Below, piece after piece: positions 39,199 to 51,716 of a stretch of 64,000 nt of DNA. The translations under genes were made by a program, and so were the position numbers. Source of the DNA: Chloroflexota bacterium. GTDB lineage: Bacteria; Chloroflexota; UBA11872; VXOZ01. The notes under the pieces were generated by a model that was given only the letters and a program-made list of their open reading frames with translations, was not told the DNA's origin and did no database searches. Location: the NCBI GenBank assembly GCA_963663275.1, contig OY760183.1:2592001-2656000 (forward strand), given 5' to 3'. Within the stretch, counting starts at the first letter, position 1, and each line of letters opens with the position of its first letter.

Positions 39199-39693
39199 CT
39201 AGAGCGCCTCGTAGACTTTGCGGCCGACTTTGGAGACCGGGCGCAGCCGCCGTTGGCGGACGAGGGAGTCGATGGCGGCCAGCACGGCGGGTTCGCCGTG
39301 GCGGCGGAATTTGCCGGTGATCTTGCTCAGCGCACGGGGACGGGCGCAGTAGTCCAGGACGTCTTCCGCGAGCACGTCGTGCGTACCGGGCAGGGGTTCG
39401 ATTGGCTGCACGAGGGTGTGGCCGGGGTTGGCGTCCGCGTGCTCGCCCGGGGTGAATTCCAGGCGTCCCAGGCGCGCGTGATCCGCCAAGTAGCTTTGCA
39501 GCCGCTTGCGCAGCACGCCGCCGGTCCCGGTGGAGCCGTAGCCGTGAATGACGTTCAATGTGTGTACAGGGTCGCCGGCCGCCCATTGGAGCGCATGGTT
39601 GTAGAAGTCGATGAAGTCGGCCAGAGCCTCGTGCCAGGTCTGCTCGTGGAGGTCTATTTCGCGGTCGGACGCGATTTCGTGGGAGATCGTCAT
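39199..39693 (-). CDS. Smr domain protein with a C-terminal wHTH-like extension
   Basis: IDLH, VIHGYG...GVLR and NPGHT Smr motifs. Confidence 0.8.
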   Translation of the reverse strand: MTISHEIASDREIDLHEQTWHEALADFIDFYNHALQWAAGDPVHTLNVIHGYGSTGTGGVLRKRLQSYLADHARLGRLEFTPGEHADANPGHTLVQPIEPLPGTHDVLAEDVLDYCARPRALSKITGKFRRHGEPAVLAAIDSLVRQRRLRPVSKVGRKVYEAL

Positions 39694-39749
39694 TCAGGGT
39701 TTTTCTTGGACACCTAGGCCAAGGTGGCGCTTGCCATTCGCGCAAAGAA

Positions 39750-39908
39750 GCGGGGGACAAGCCCCCGCGCTACGGTTGGGTTGCAGGCCGGAATGCAGGG
39801 GACAAGCCCCCGCGCTACGGTTGGTTCGCAGGCCGGAATGCAGGGGACAAGCCCCCGCGCTACGGTTGGTTCGCAGGCCGGAATGCGAGGGACAAGCCCC
39901 CGCGCTAC
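39750..39908 (-). repeat. Tandem array of four 45-bp GTAG-REP units directly after 5S rRNA
   Basis: GGGACAAGCCCCCGCGCTAC in units starting 39750, 39795, 39840, 39885. Confidence 0.9.
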
Positions 39909-39928
39909 TGGCATCAAAGTAACAAAAA

Positions 39929-40049
39929 TCCTTGGGCAACGGCCTATTTTCCCACACAGTCGCCCGTGCAGTATCGTCGGTGCTGAGGGGCTTAACTGCC
40001 GTGTTCGGTATGGGAACGGGTGTACCCCCCTCGCCTAGCCACCCAAGGA
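39929..40049 (-). rRNA. rrf: 5S rRNA
   Basis: CCCGTTCCCATACCGAACACGG..GTTAAGC core and terminal helix TCCTTGGGT/GCCCAAGGA. Confidence 0.95.
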
Positions 40050-40202
40050 GATTTGACTAAGTTATGGAGTGCCGCCGCGCAGGGCTTGCCTCTGCCTGCA
40101 ACAAGGCAGGGAAGCAAGTGCGGCGCGCGCTGTGAACGTGCTCCGGTGAACTATGCGCAACTGGTCTATGGATGCAGAACTCCAATTTTGCCAATTCGAA
40201 GC

Positions 40203-43294
<3,092 letters not shown>

Positions 43295-43376
43295 TGCTTC
43301 GAACCGGCAAAATTGAAGTTCTGCTTGCGCATATTCACCTGTTAACGTGCCGCCCGCTTTTTGGGGCGCATCCCCT

Positions 43377-43406
43377 AATGTACCAAACATCATGCCACCG
43401 TGTCAA
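43377..43406 (-). promoter_or_regulatory. Dedicated promoter of the 23S-5S unit
   Basis: TTGACA-18 nt-TACATT with extended TG, about 80 nt upstream of 23S. Confidence 0.75.
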
Positions 43407-43515
43407 GGAAACCCAGGTAGGATTTTCCGGCAGGCAATTCTCGGCCTAACGCGGGCACGCCTATTCTTGATCGAGCCGCGTACACGGGGTGAAACCGGCG
43501 TCCGGAAGTCAAACG

Positions 43516-43746
43516 CTATTCGCCCAGCGGATTCGCCTGGCCGATGTCGTATTGGCTCCAGCAGACCGCCGTGCCATCGAATCGGAGACCGCACGAATGA
43601 CGGAAGCCGATGCTCAGGGTCGTGAAGCGCTCTCCCGCCGGCGGAGGCGCGAGATCATTGCCCGGCCGTTGCGCTAGGATGTGGCCCCCCTGAAGCAATG
43701 GGACATTGCCCCAGCAAACGGTAGTCGCCATGATGCTTGCGGACAC
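43516..43746 (-). pseudogene. RCC1-repeat protein remnant
   Basis: VCWG and FTTLSIGFRHSCGLRFDGTAVCW match an RCC1/BLIP-II blade; only about 1.5 repeats remain. Confidence 0.6.
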
Positions 43747-43865
43747 GGCGCCGCAGAAACGCGCCTCCGCGTGCTTTCAAACCCGCGACGGCGACGGCGC
43801 TGACGCCTCTAGCTGCGCATGGGCTATCGACTGCTCTCTGCGCTGGCCGCGCACGGCCTACGCGC

Positions 43866-44984
43866 TTAGCCGTCCGCGTCCGGTTGACGCGCCTGCGCCA
43901 GTTGCGCCTTGAGATGGTCGATCGGCGCTACCGGCGTGGGGTCTACGCCGTTGAGCAGGGCCAGGTAGTAGCTTGCGTAGTCGCCGAGAAGGATGGCGGC
44001 CAGTTGCTGCGCCAAGGGGGTCGGGCCGGGCGCGTCTACCGTTTCGGTGGCGATCCGCGCCGCCTCGAGCAACTCCCGCGTTATCTGGAACCGCCTGCGC
44101 GTGCGTTCCGGGTAGAGGCGCGACGCCAGGTGCGCCACGCGCAATACCTGGGTGTTGGCGGCGGGATGAAGGTACCCCACCACCGCGTTGTGGTTGGCCT
44201 CCGGCAGGCGCTCGAACTCCGCCCACTGCTTGCTGTTCTCGTTGATCTGCGTCTTCCAGCGCCGCGCCACTTCGCTGAGGAATCCCGCGCCGTAGACGCT
44301 GACGATGCGTCCCTGCAGAGCGCGCGCCAACCGCTTGGCCGGGTTCGCGCGTTCCGGCACGGAGACGGCATAGATCCGCGCCTGCTCCACGAGAAACCGA
44401 ACGGCGTCGTGCACCTCCGCGGCCGGACAGCGGATGATGCCCAGCGTTGCCAATGCATGGAGCACGGGCATGTAGAGATGCGGCAGGGCGGCGCGCGGCT
44501 GCGCCCCTGCCTGGATGGCATACATGGGAATGCCGCCTTCGTCGGAGACCCCGCCTTCGTCGTGGGCACTTGCCGACCGCGCCCGGGCGGCCAACGCGCC
44601 GCCGCTGGCGATGACGATGAGGCAGGCCCCCTTCCGCCGGGCCGCGTCGAACGCGGCCAGCGTCTCTTCCGTATTGCCGGAGTAGCTGACGGCAATTGCC
44701 AGCGTGCCCGCGCCGACGTATCCCGGCAGGCCGTAATCGCGCACTACCTCTATCGGCAAGGCCGCCGTGTCCGGGGCCAGCGTGCGCGCCAGGTCGCCGC
44801 TGATCGCCGAGCCGCCCATGCCGAGAATGACCACTGACCGGACATCACGGTAGGACGGCGGCAGCGCCACGGTCTGCGCCTGGCGCCAGGCGGCGGCGCA
44901 GGCATTGGGAAACCCACTAATCTGCGCCGCCATGCCGCCCGCGTCGAGCCGGGCAATGAGATGGGGGTCGTCCAGACTGGTCAT
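43866..44984 (-). CDS. Bifunctional phosphoglucose/phosphomannose isomerase
   Basis: GMGGSAISGD, SYSGNTEET, QPRAA, RWKTQINENSK, PEANHN, VDPTPV. Confidence 0.92.
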   Translation of the reverse strand: MTSLDDPHLIARLDAGGMAAQISGFPNACAAAWRQAQTVALPPSYRDVRSVVILGMGGSAISGDLARTLAPDTAALPIEVVRDYGLPGYVGAGTLAIAVSYSGNTEETLAAFDAARRKGACLIVIASGGALAARARSASAHDEGGVSDEGGIPMYAIQAGAQPRAALPHLYMPVLHALATLGIIRCPAAEVHDAVRFLVEQARIYAVSVPERANPAKRLARALQGRIVSVYGAGFLSEVARRWKTQINENSKQWAEFERLPEANHNAVVGYLHPAANTQVLRVAHLASRLYPERTRRRFQITRELLEAARIATETVDAPGPTPLAQQLAAILLGDYASYYLALLNGVDPTPVAPIDHLKAQLAQARQPDADG

Positions 44985-45163
44985 CGGCCGGCGTCCCGGC
45001 TGCGGCCCGCGCCCGCCCCGATTCGGCACGGTTCACCGAACCGGCGCGTCTCGCCGAATCGGTACGCATAGCCGAACCGCAACGGCTCGCAGAATTGGGA
45101 CTGGTTGCCTGTACGGCGCGGCTCGCAGTACCGGAACGGCTCGCGGAAATCGGCATCGTTCAT
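44981..45163 (-). CDS. 60-aa peptide with hexapeptide repeats, coupled to both neighbours
   Basis: ATGA overlaps at both ends; F(R/C/G)EPxR repeats. Confidence 0.5.
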   Translation of the reverse strand: MNDADFREPFRYCEPRRTGNQSQFCEPLRFGYAYRFGETRRFGEPCRIGAGAGRSRDAGR

Positions 45164-46938
45164 GGCTTGTGGATGCGCACCCAGCGGTTGGGTTCCTTGC
45201 CGTAACTGCGCGAGCCCAGCTTGAACTTGTGGGCCAGTTCGTGCTGCAGGCGGCGGATGTAGGAATTGGCCGGCGGCAAGTCTACCGGATGCGAGGTATG
45301 CAAGGTTTCCTGCACGGCGGCCTCGGCCAGGCGGAGATCTTCGCTGGCGTCCGTTGGGTGACGGACGTCCAAATCGAAGATGCTGGCGAGGCTCTGGTTG
45401 ATCTGCGTCTGGGCGTTGCTCCGCAGCACGAAGATGGGAATCTGCTTCTGCTCGGCCAGGCGCAGCGGGCCCGTCCGCTGGCGGTAGCAACTCTTGAGCG
45501 TCAGCACCACGTCGGCGGCGTCGAGGTCTTCGGTAATCCAGGCCGGCGCCGCCAAGCGGCGCGCTCCCTCTTCCAGGCGCTTGCGGCTCACGCCGAAAGG
45601 GAAGATCGAGATCGGCTTGCGCGCCGCCGCCGCACGCGCTCCCAACCGGGACGACTCGTCGAACCGGCGCGGATCGTCAGCGCCCGCATAGGCGTCTTCA
45701 CGGCCGTCTCCGTCGTGGGCGCCGCCGTCCGTCCAGTGTTGGGGAGCGAAGCGCGCATCGTCCCGGCCCGGCGCGCCTGCGGCCGCCGGCCGGCCGTTGC
45801 CGTTTGCCCGCGGCCTTTCGCGCCACTCTCCGACCTCGCCCAACTGGGGATCCCAAAGCTCCTGCGCGCGCATCCCCTGCGGCGGCGCAATCGTATGCTT
45901 TGTCGATCTTACCCGGTTGTCGTCCCCGCGCTCCCGCTCCTCCACCGCAATTGGCCGGCCGCGCAGGAGATTATCGATGGTCTCAGCCACGTCGTGGTGG
46001 ACGATCATGTGGTGCCAGCCCTTGATCTCCACCAGGATGTGAAACGTGGGCGGCGCCTTGCGCTCCAGCACAGACTTCTGCGAGCGCCGCCGCCGGGCTT
46101 CCTCGTCGCTGAGCGTGACGGACTGGATACCGCCGATGAGGTCGGAGAGCGTCGGATTCTGCATCAGATTCATCAACGTGTTGCCGTGGGCCGTGCCGAC
46201 CAGTTGCACGCCCCGCTCGGCAATCGTGCGCGCGGCGGCGGCCTCCAACTCGGTGCCGATTTCATCGATCACTATGACCTCGGGCATGTGGTTCTCCACC
46301 GCCTCGATCATGACTTTGTGCTGGTCGGTGGCATGAGGCACCTGCATGCGCCGGGCGCGGCCGATACCGGCGTGAGCGATGTCCCCGTCGCCGGCAATCT
46401 CGTTGGAGGTGTCCACCACGATGACGCGCTTGCCGGCTTCGTCGGCGAGCACCCGGGCCACGTCCCGCAGCAGCGTCGTCTTGCCCACGCCCGGACTCCC
46501 AAGGAGCAGCGGGCTCTGGCCGGACTCAACCAGGTCGCGGATGATCTCGATCGTGCCGAACACGGCCCGTCCCACGCGGCAGGTCAGCCCTACCACGTCG
46601 CCCGCGCGGTTGCGGATTGCCGAAATGCGGTGCAGCGTGCGGGGTATGCCGGCGCGGTTGTCTGTGGTGAACGCGCCGAGCCTGGAGAGCACCAGGGCGA
46701 GGTCGTCCGCCGTCAACTCGTCCTCGTCGAGGATCGCCTCCCGCGTGAGAAAGCGCGCCTCCGGTTTGCGTCCGAGATCCAGGACGATTTCCAGCAGGTC
46801 GGAGGCGTCGTCGATCGATGCCAGCGCGCCCTGGATGCGCGGCGGCATGACGCTCACCAGAGCGCCAATGTCGTCCGTGACCTGAAATTCAGTCTGTGTC
46901 AGCGGGAGCCCCGCGGCTACCGGCTCATCCATACGCAT
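45160..46938 (-). CDS. Ycf45/SpoIIIAA-like AAA ATPase with C-terminal R3H domain
   Basis: [41 protein letters not shown]. Confidence 0.9.
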   Translation of the reverse strand: MRMDEPVAAGLPLTQTEFQVTDDIGALVSVMPPRIQGALASIDDASDLLEIVLDLGRKPEARFLTREAILDEDELTADDLALVLSRLGAFTTDNRAGIPRTLHRISAIRNRAGDVVGLTCRVGRAVFGTIEIIRDLVESGQSPLLLGSPGVGKTTLLRDVARVLADEAGKRVIVVDTSNEIAGDGDIAHAGIGRARRMQVPHATDQHKVMIEAVENHMPEVIVIDEIGTELEAAAARTIAERGVQLVGTAHGNTLMNLMQNPTLSDLIGGIQSVTLSDEEARRRRSQKSVLERKAPPTFHILVEIKGWHHMIVHHDVAETIDNLLRGRPIAVEERERGDDNRVRSTKHTIAPPQGMRAQELWDPQLGEVGEWRERPRANGNGRPAAAGAPGRDDARFAPQHWTDGGAHDGDGREDAYAGADDPRRFDESSRLGARAAAARKPISIFPFGVSRKRLEEGARRLAAPAWITEDLDAADVVLTLKSCYRQRTGPLRLAEQKQIPIFVLRSNAQTQINQSLASIFDLDVRHPTDASEDLRLAEAAVQETLHTSHPVDLPPANSYIRRLQHELAHKFKLGSRSYGKEPNRWVRIHKP

Positions 46939-47026
46939 TGGCCTCGTACGTCAAGATTGAGGTGATTCGGTTTCCTTAACACCGTGCGCTGTCCAAGTCA
47001 CGGCGTCATCATACGCCGCGCCTCCA

Positions 47027-47968
47027 TCATGATACCACGCGCGGCGCTTGAAGCACGGCGCCGACAATCGCGCCGTAGCCGCGCCGGAAGTCCGCCGCCG
47101 GCAGCGCGCGCTTGCCCGCCAGTTGCACCTCATCCAGCACGACGATGCCGGAACCGGCGGTCACGGCCAGTCCCTTCTCGTGAGCGAACACCGTGCCGGG
47201 CGCGCCCTCCCCACCGTCCGGCAGCGGATGCGCCCGCAGGATCTTGACCTGGCGGTCTTGCCAGAACGTCACTGCGCCCGGCCAGGGCTGCATGGCCCGC
47301 GCGTGGCGGCACACGGCCGCCGCGTCTTGCGCCCAGCGCACAACGCCGTCTTCTTTCTTCAGCAGCGGCGCGTAGGTTGCCTGCGCGTTGTCTTGTGGTT
47401 GCGGTTCGATCCGGCCGGCAATCCAGTCATCCAACGTGGGCGGCAGGAGTTCCGCGCCCAGCCGCGCGAGCGCGCCGGTGAGCGTTGCCGTCGTCTCCTC
47501 GCCTGTGAGGGCCAGCGACCGCTGCCGCAGGATAGGGCCGGTGTCAAGCCCTTCATCCATCCGCATGATGGTCACGCCGGTCGCGGCGTCGCCGGCCAGA
47601 ATAGCCGCCGCCGCCGGGGACGCTCCCCGGTGCCGGGGCAACAGCGAGGCGTGCACGTTCAGGCAGCCATGCGGGGGTAGGTCGAGCACCGATGGCGGCA
47701 GAATCTTACCGTAGGCCGCCACCACGATCACGTCGGCGGCAACCGCCGCTAACTCCGCGACGACACTCGCCCGGCGCAGGGAACGCGGTTGGCTCACGGC
47801 CAGTCCGTGTTCCAGAGCCGCCTGCTTTACCGGCGACGGCCGCGGCCTGCGGCCCCGTCCCGCCGGCCGGTCCTGCTGGGTTACGACCAGCGCGACGTCG
47901 TGTTGTTGAGCGAGGGCGTGCAGGCTGGGTACGGCAAAGTCGGCGGTACCGCAGAAGATGACGCGCAT
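47027..47968 (-). CDS. fmt: Methionyl-tRNA formyltransferase
   Basis: VVTQQDRPAGRG, NVHASLLPRHRGASP, MDEGLDTG. Confidence 0.95.
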   Translation of the reverse strand: MRVIFCGTADFAVPSLHALAQQHDVALVVTQQDRPAGRGRRPRPSPVKQAALEHGLAVSQPRSLRRASVVAELAAVAADVIVVAAYGKILPPSVLDLPPHGCLNVHASLLPRHRGASPAAAAILAGDAATGVTIMRMDEGLDTGPILRQRSLALTGEETTATLTGALARLGAELLPPTLDDWIAGRIEPQPQDNAQATYAPLLKKEDGVVRWAQDAAAVCRHARAMQPWPGAVTFWQDRQVKILRAHPLPDGGEGAPGTVFAHEKGLAVTAGSGIVVLDEVQLAGKRALPAADFRRGYGAIVGAVLQAPRVVS

Positions 47969-47977
47969 CCAAGGCTC

Positions 47978-48475
47978 CTACGAGTCTCCCGGATCTGGCT
48001 CGGATTCCGGTTCCACGCGGTACAATTGCGCAGGGTCTTCCATGCGATCCAGGAAGAGCGTGCCGTTCAAGTGATCGATCTCGTGCTGGAACACGCGGGC
48101 CAGCAAGTCGTCGGCGCGGATGCGGATCGCTTTCCCTTCCAGGGAGCGCCCCTTCACTACCACGCTCTGGTAGCGCTTCACCGGGCCGTAGTACAAGGAA
48201 TGGGAGAGGCAGCCTTCCTCGTCTTCGATGACTTCCCCGGACGTCTTGACGATCTCCGGGTTGATCACCGCCATGCGCACGTCGTCGGCGTCAACGACGA
48301 TCACGCGCAAGGAAACGCCGACCTGCGGCGCGGCCAGCCCCACGCCCGACACGGCGTCCATCGTGTCGAACATGTCGTCCGTAAGCTTGCGCAGCCCGCG
48401 CATGGCCTTGGGCACGGGCTTCGCCTTACGGCGCAGAATCTCGCTGCCAAGTTGCAGGATCTCTTGAGCCGCCAA
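47978..48475 (-). CDS. def: Peptide deformylase
   Basis: GVGLAAPQ, EGCLS, QHEIDHLNG. Confidence 0.96.
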   Translation of the reverse strand: MAAQEILQLGSEILRRKAKPVPKAMRGLRKLTDDMFDTMDAVSGVGLAAPQVGVSLRVIVVDADDVRMAVINPEIVKTSGEVIEDEEGCLSHSLYYGPVKRYQSVVVKGRSLEGKAIRIRADDLLARVFQHEIDHLNGTLFLDRMEDPAQLYRVEPESEPDPGDS

Positions 48476-48504
48476 CGTCTATCTTTCACCCTTCCCGCAA
48501 GAGT

Positions 48505-50955
48505 CTAGAGCACACTTACCGGGTCTACGTCGATAACCCAGCCCGCCGGTACGTGGACCAATAGTTGGTGAATGCTTTCGCCCCGCACGATCACGTGCCA
48601 GCGGTAAAGTCCGCGCACGCGCTCCGGGAATGCCGGGGCGGGACCCAGAAGTTCGACCGGCAGGCGTTCCCTCGCGCAAATCTCCTGCAAACATTGTACC
48701 AAAGCCACCGCCGCCTCTGCGGCGCGATCGCCGTCGCGGTCTTGGTAGAGCAGCACGGCCATGGCGACGCTGGGGGGAAACGCGCCCTCGCGCTCTTCCA
48801 TGCTCTTGCGGTAGAACCACAGGTACCGCCCAATCTTGAGCGCGCGCAGCGGCAGGCTCTCCGGCGTGTAGGTCTGGATGAGCAACTCGGCCCGCGCGGC
48901 CGCCGCCATGAAGCCGATGCGCCGCAAGAGTTGGTAGGTGCGTTCGGAGGCGCGAAAATCAGGCAGGTGGAGCGCCGTATCCGCCGAAACCACGGCGTAG
49001 AGCGCCACCGGCAGCGGCTCGCGCAACACGGCCGCGGTGCCGATGAGGATGTCCAGCTTGCCCTCACGCAGGGCGGCGAACGGGCTGGCGCTTTCCTTGG
49101 CGCTGATGACGTCGCTGTCCCAGCGGGCGATGCGGGCGTCTGGCAGGATGCGCTGCATCTCCAGTTCCACGGCTTGCGCGCCGACGCCCCGGAAGCGCAG
49201 TGTGGTTTCGCACAGCGGGCAATGCGTCGGGATGGGCGCTTCCGCGCCGCAACGGTGGCAGCGCATGACGCCGCTGGCCCGGTGCTGCACCAGCGGCACG
49301 CTGCAATTCTGGCATTCGACCACGTGGCCGCACTTTGGACAGAGCGCTTGGGTCGCCGCGCCGCGCCGGTTCTGCAAGAGCACGACGGGCCGCCGGTCTG
49401 CCAGAGCATGGCTAACGGCGTCTTTTAACTCACGGCTGATGAGTTGCCGCGGCCCCACGTGGCGGGCTTCACGCATGTCTACGATGCGGGCGGTGGGCGC
49501 AACGTCCGTGGCCCGGATGAACTCCGCGCGCCCGCTCTCAACCTCCGCATAGGTAGTTACGCGCGGCGTGTGGGAGAAGAGCAGCAATGGCGCGTTAAAG
49601 AGATCGGCCAGCCATCCGGCGACGGTAACGGCGTGGAAACGGAGTCCTCTCAGATTCTTGTGGGCGCTCTCATCAGAGCGTGGGATTTCTGGGTTCTTGT
49701 AGTAGTCATCGTGCTCACCGTCAACGAGTATCAGTCCCAGATCCTGAAACGGCAGGAATACCGCACTCCGGGTGCCGACCACTGCCACCGGCTCCCCTCT
49801 CTGCACACGCTCCCAGGTAGCCCGGCGTCCCGATTCCTTCAGACTTTCGTGCCACAGAAGCACAGAATCGGGGAGCACGGATTCTAATGCTGTCGCTATT
49901 CGTTGCGACGCGTGTCTCTCAGGGGTGAGTAACAAGACTTGGTTACCGGTATCAAGGGCGGGGACAACAGCATGGCAATACAGCTTTTCGGGTGAGAGAT
50001 TGTCCATTACTACCATTCGGCGCGCACTGGGTTCCCGATCATTGCCGTGCATGAACGCGGCGACAGCTTCCCAAGCGCGTGCCTCTGAGGGTTCGTCGAG
50101 CGTTGGCAGGGCGTGCGACTGCGTCTGACTGGGCCGGATCTGATAAGCCGCGCCAAAGCGCACCAAGCCCTTCTCTTCGAGTTTTCGCAGCGAGAGCAGA
50201 CTTCCGCCAGTCTCCTCGAGGAGCGCGCTGACCGGGGCGCGCCTACCTCGCGCCTCCAAGGATTGCATGAGTTTTCGTTGAGGACGCGAGCGCCGCAAGA
50301 GCGATTCGGCATCCTGCGTTGTGGTTAGACTTTCTACCCATTGTTTTCTCAGGGAAGGCGGTTTACTCTGCTGCAATGCTACTCGTAGGTGTACTGCTCC
50401 CGCGCGTTGCAGTAGTCCCTGAATCCGCTTGAACTCTTTTCGACCCACCAGTTTCGCAAGGCGCTCGTGGGAGACTTCATCTTCATTCCGCAGAGTCTCC
50501 AGCATAGTCCGACCGCTCTCGGTCTTCGCAACGTCCTCTGGCACAGCAGCACAGGGATCCAGCTTGGACCATCGCTTCACGCGCCCCCGCAGACCCGGCG
50601 GCAGCATGGGGCCGATGACCTTCATCGGAGAGGCGAGGTAGTAGCGGGCGACTTTGCGCGCCAGGGAAATTTGCGCCGGGGTGAGCAGGACGCTATCGGC
50701 GACGACGTCCATGATCTCGCGGACGTCCTCCACCGGCACGGGGGAATCTTCCGCGCCGGCCACGACCAGACCCTCGATGATGCGTTCGCCAAAGCCGATC
50801 AGCACCATCACCCCCGGCGCGACTCTCTCCCTAAGGTGGGCCGGTATAGCGTAGTGATAGGTCTGGTCCGCGGGGACGTTGAGCACGTTCACCGCGATTT
50901 CGGCGTACGGGGTTTCGAGGGGGATTGGTTTCACCCGCGCGGGGAAGTCCGACAC
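48505..50955 (-). CDS. priA: Primosomal protein N' (PriA) with degenerate helicase motifs
   Basis: N-terminal 3'-DNA-binding domain, VGTRSAVFLP, NRRG plus four CxxC, DVDP end; def-fmt context. Confidence 0.88.
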   Translation of the reverse strand: MSDFPARVKPIPLETPYAEIAVNVLNVPADQTYHYAIPAHLRERVAPGVMVLIGFGERIIEGLVVAGAEDSPVPVEDVREIMDVVADSVLLTPAQISLARKVARYYLASPMKVIGPMLPPGLRGRVKRWSKLDPCAAVPEDVAKTESGRTMLETLRNEDEVSHERLAKLVGRKEFKRIQGLLQRAGAVHLRVALQQSKPPSLRKQWVESLTTTQDAESLLRRSRPQRKLMQSLEARGRRAPVSALLEETGGSLLSLRKLEEKGLVRFGAAYQIRPSQTQSHALPTLDEPSEARAWEAVAAFMHGNDREPSARRMVVMDNLSPEKLYCHAVVPALDTGNQVLLLTPERHASQRIATALESVLPDSVLLWHESLKESGRRATWERVQRGEPVAVVGTRSAVFLPFQDLGLILVDGEHDDYYKNPEIPRSDESAHKNLRGLRFHAVTVAGWLADLFNAPLLLFSHTPRVTTYAEVESGRAEFIRATDVAPTARIVDMREARHVGPRQLISRELKDAVSHALADRRPVVLLQNRRGAATQALCPKCGHVVECQNCSVPLVQHRASGVMRCHRCGAEAPIPTHCPLCETTLRFRGVGAQAVELEMQRILPDARIARWDSDVISAKESASPFAALREGKLDILIGTAAVLREPLPVALYAVVSADTALHLPDFRASERTYQLLRRIGFMAAAARAELLIQTYTPESLPLRALKIGRYLWFYRKSMEEREGAFPPSVAMAVLLYQDRDGDRAAEAAVALVQCLQEICARERLPVELLGPAPAFPERVRGLYRWHVIVRGESIHQLLVHVPAGWVIDVDPVSVL

Positions 50956-51566
50956 TTTTCAGCCGTTATGATGGCGCGCACCTGCTCGATCGCCGCGTCC
51001 AGCTTGCCCGGCTGATTGACAACCAGGTAGTCGAAGCGCGGGATGGCCGCCATTTCACGCTCCGCCAGCGCGTCGCGGGTGGCTTCGTCCACGGGCTGTT
51101 CCGTGCCCCGCCGATCTCTGCGCTCACGCAAGGCCTCCTTGGAGGGCGAGCCGATGAAGACGTGCACGCTGGCGGGCATCTGCTCCCGTATCGATGCGGC
51201 GCCTTGCACGTCCACGCGCAGGAGCACGTCCTCGCCGCGCTCCAGCGCCGACGTGACCTCATGGAGCGGCGTGCCGTAACTGCGGCCATAGACGGTTGCG
51301 GTTTCCAGAAACTTTCCTTGCGCTTCCCAGCGGGCGAACTGGTCCGGCGTCAGAAAATAGTGGTGCGCGCCGTGCGTTTCGCCTGGCCGCGGGGGGCGCG
51401 TAACGGCGGTGACGGCCCGGTGAAAGCTCATGCCGCTGGCGGCGAGGCCGTCGATAATCGAGTCCTTGCCGACGCCCGATGGGCCGGAAAGCACGACGAG
51501 CAGCGCCCGGGGCGACTGTAGGCCGGGGGCAGCGGTTTCAGATGCCGGCTGAGGGAGAGCGTCCAC
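50931..51566 (-). CDS. gmk: Guanylate kinase
   Basis: SGPSGVGKD, TRPPRPGE.HG, YGTP, DVQGA. Confidence 0.93.
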   Translation of the reverse strand: MDALPQPASETAAPGLQSPRALLVVLSGPSGVGKDSIIDGLAASGMSFHRAVTAVTRPPRPGETHGAHHYFLTPDQFARWEAQGKFLETATVYGRSYGTPLHEVTSALERGEDVLLRVDVQGAASIREQMPASVHVFIGSPSKEALRERRDRRGTEQPVDEATRDALAEREMAAIPRFDYLVVNQPGKLDAAIEQVRAIITAEKCRTSPRG

Positions 51567-51716
51567 TGCGGCACAGGCTCCGTATGCTGCGGTCTTGCTA
51601 CAAGAACAGAGTACGTGACGAACTTGGCGCCGGTCAACGTGGGGTTAGCGCAAAGTCGCTCGGCGGCACGGCTCATAGGCTTACGCGCTCTCCGGCAGAA
51701 TGGCGATCCGGCCGCC

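Noticed and set aside
39750-39908. Possible mini-CRISPR next to 5S (also 63859-64000)
   Set aside because: Whole units repeat; these are REP tandem arrays
44905-46965. 686-aa + strand ORF and similar long antisense ORFs (33476-35104, 1344-2750, 53056-54354)
   Set aside because: Shadow frames opposite well-supported genes in GC-rich DNA; no motifs
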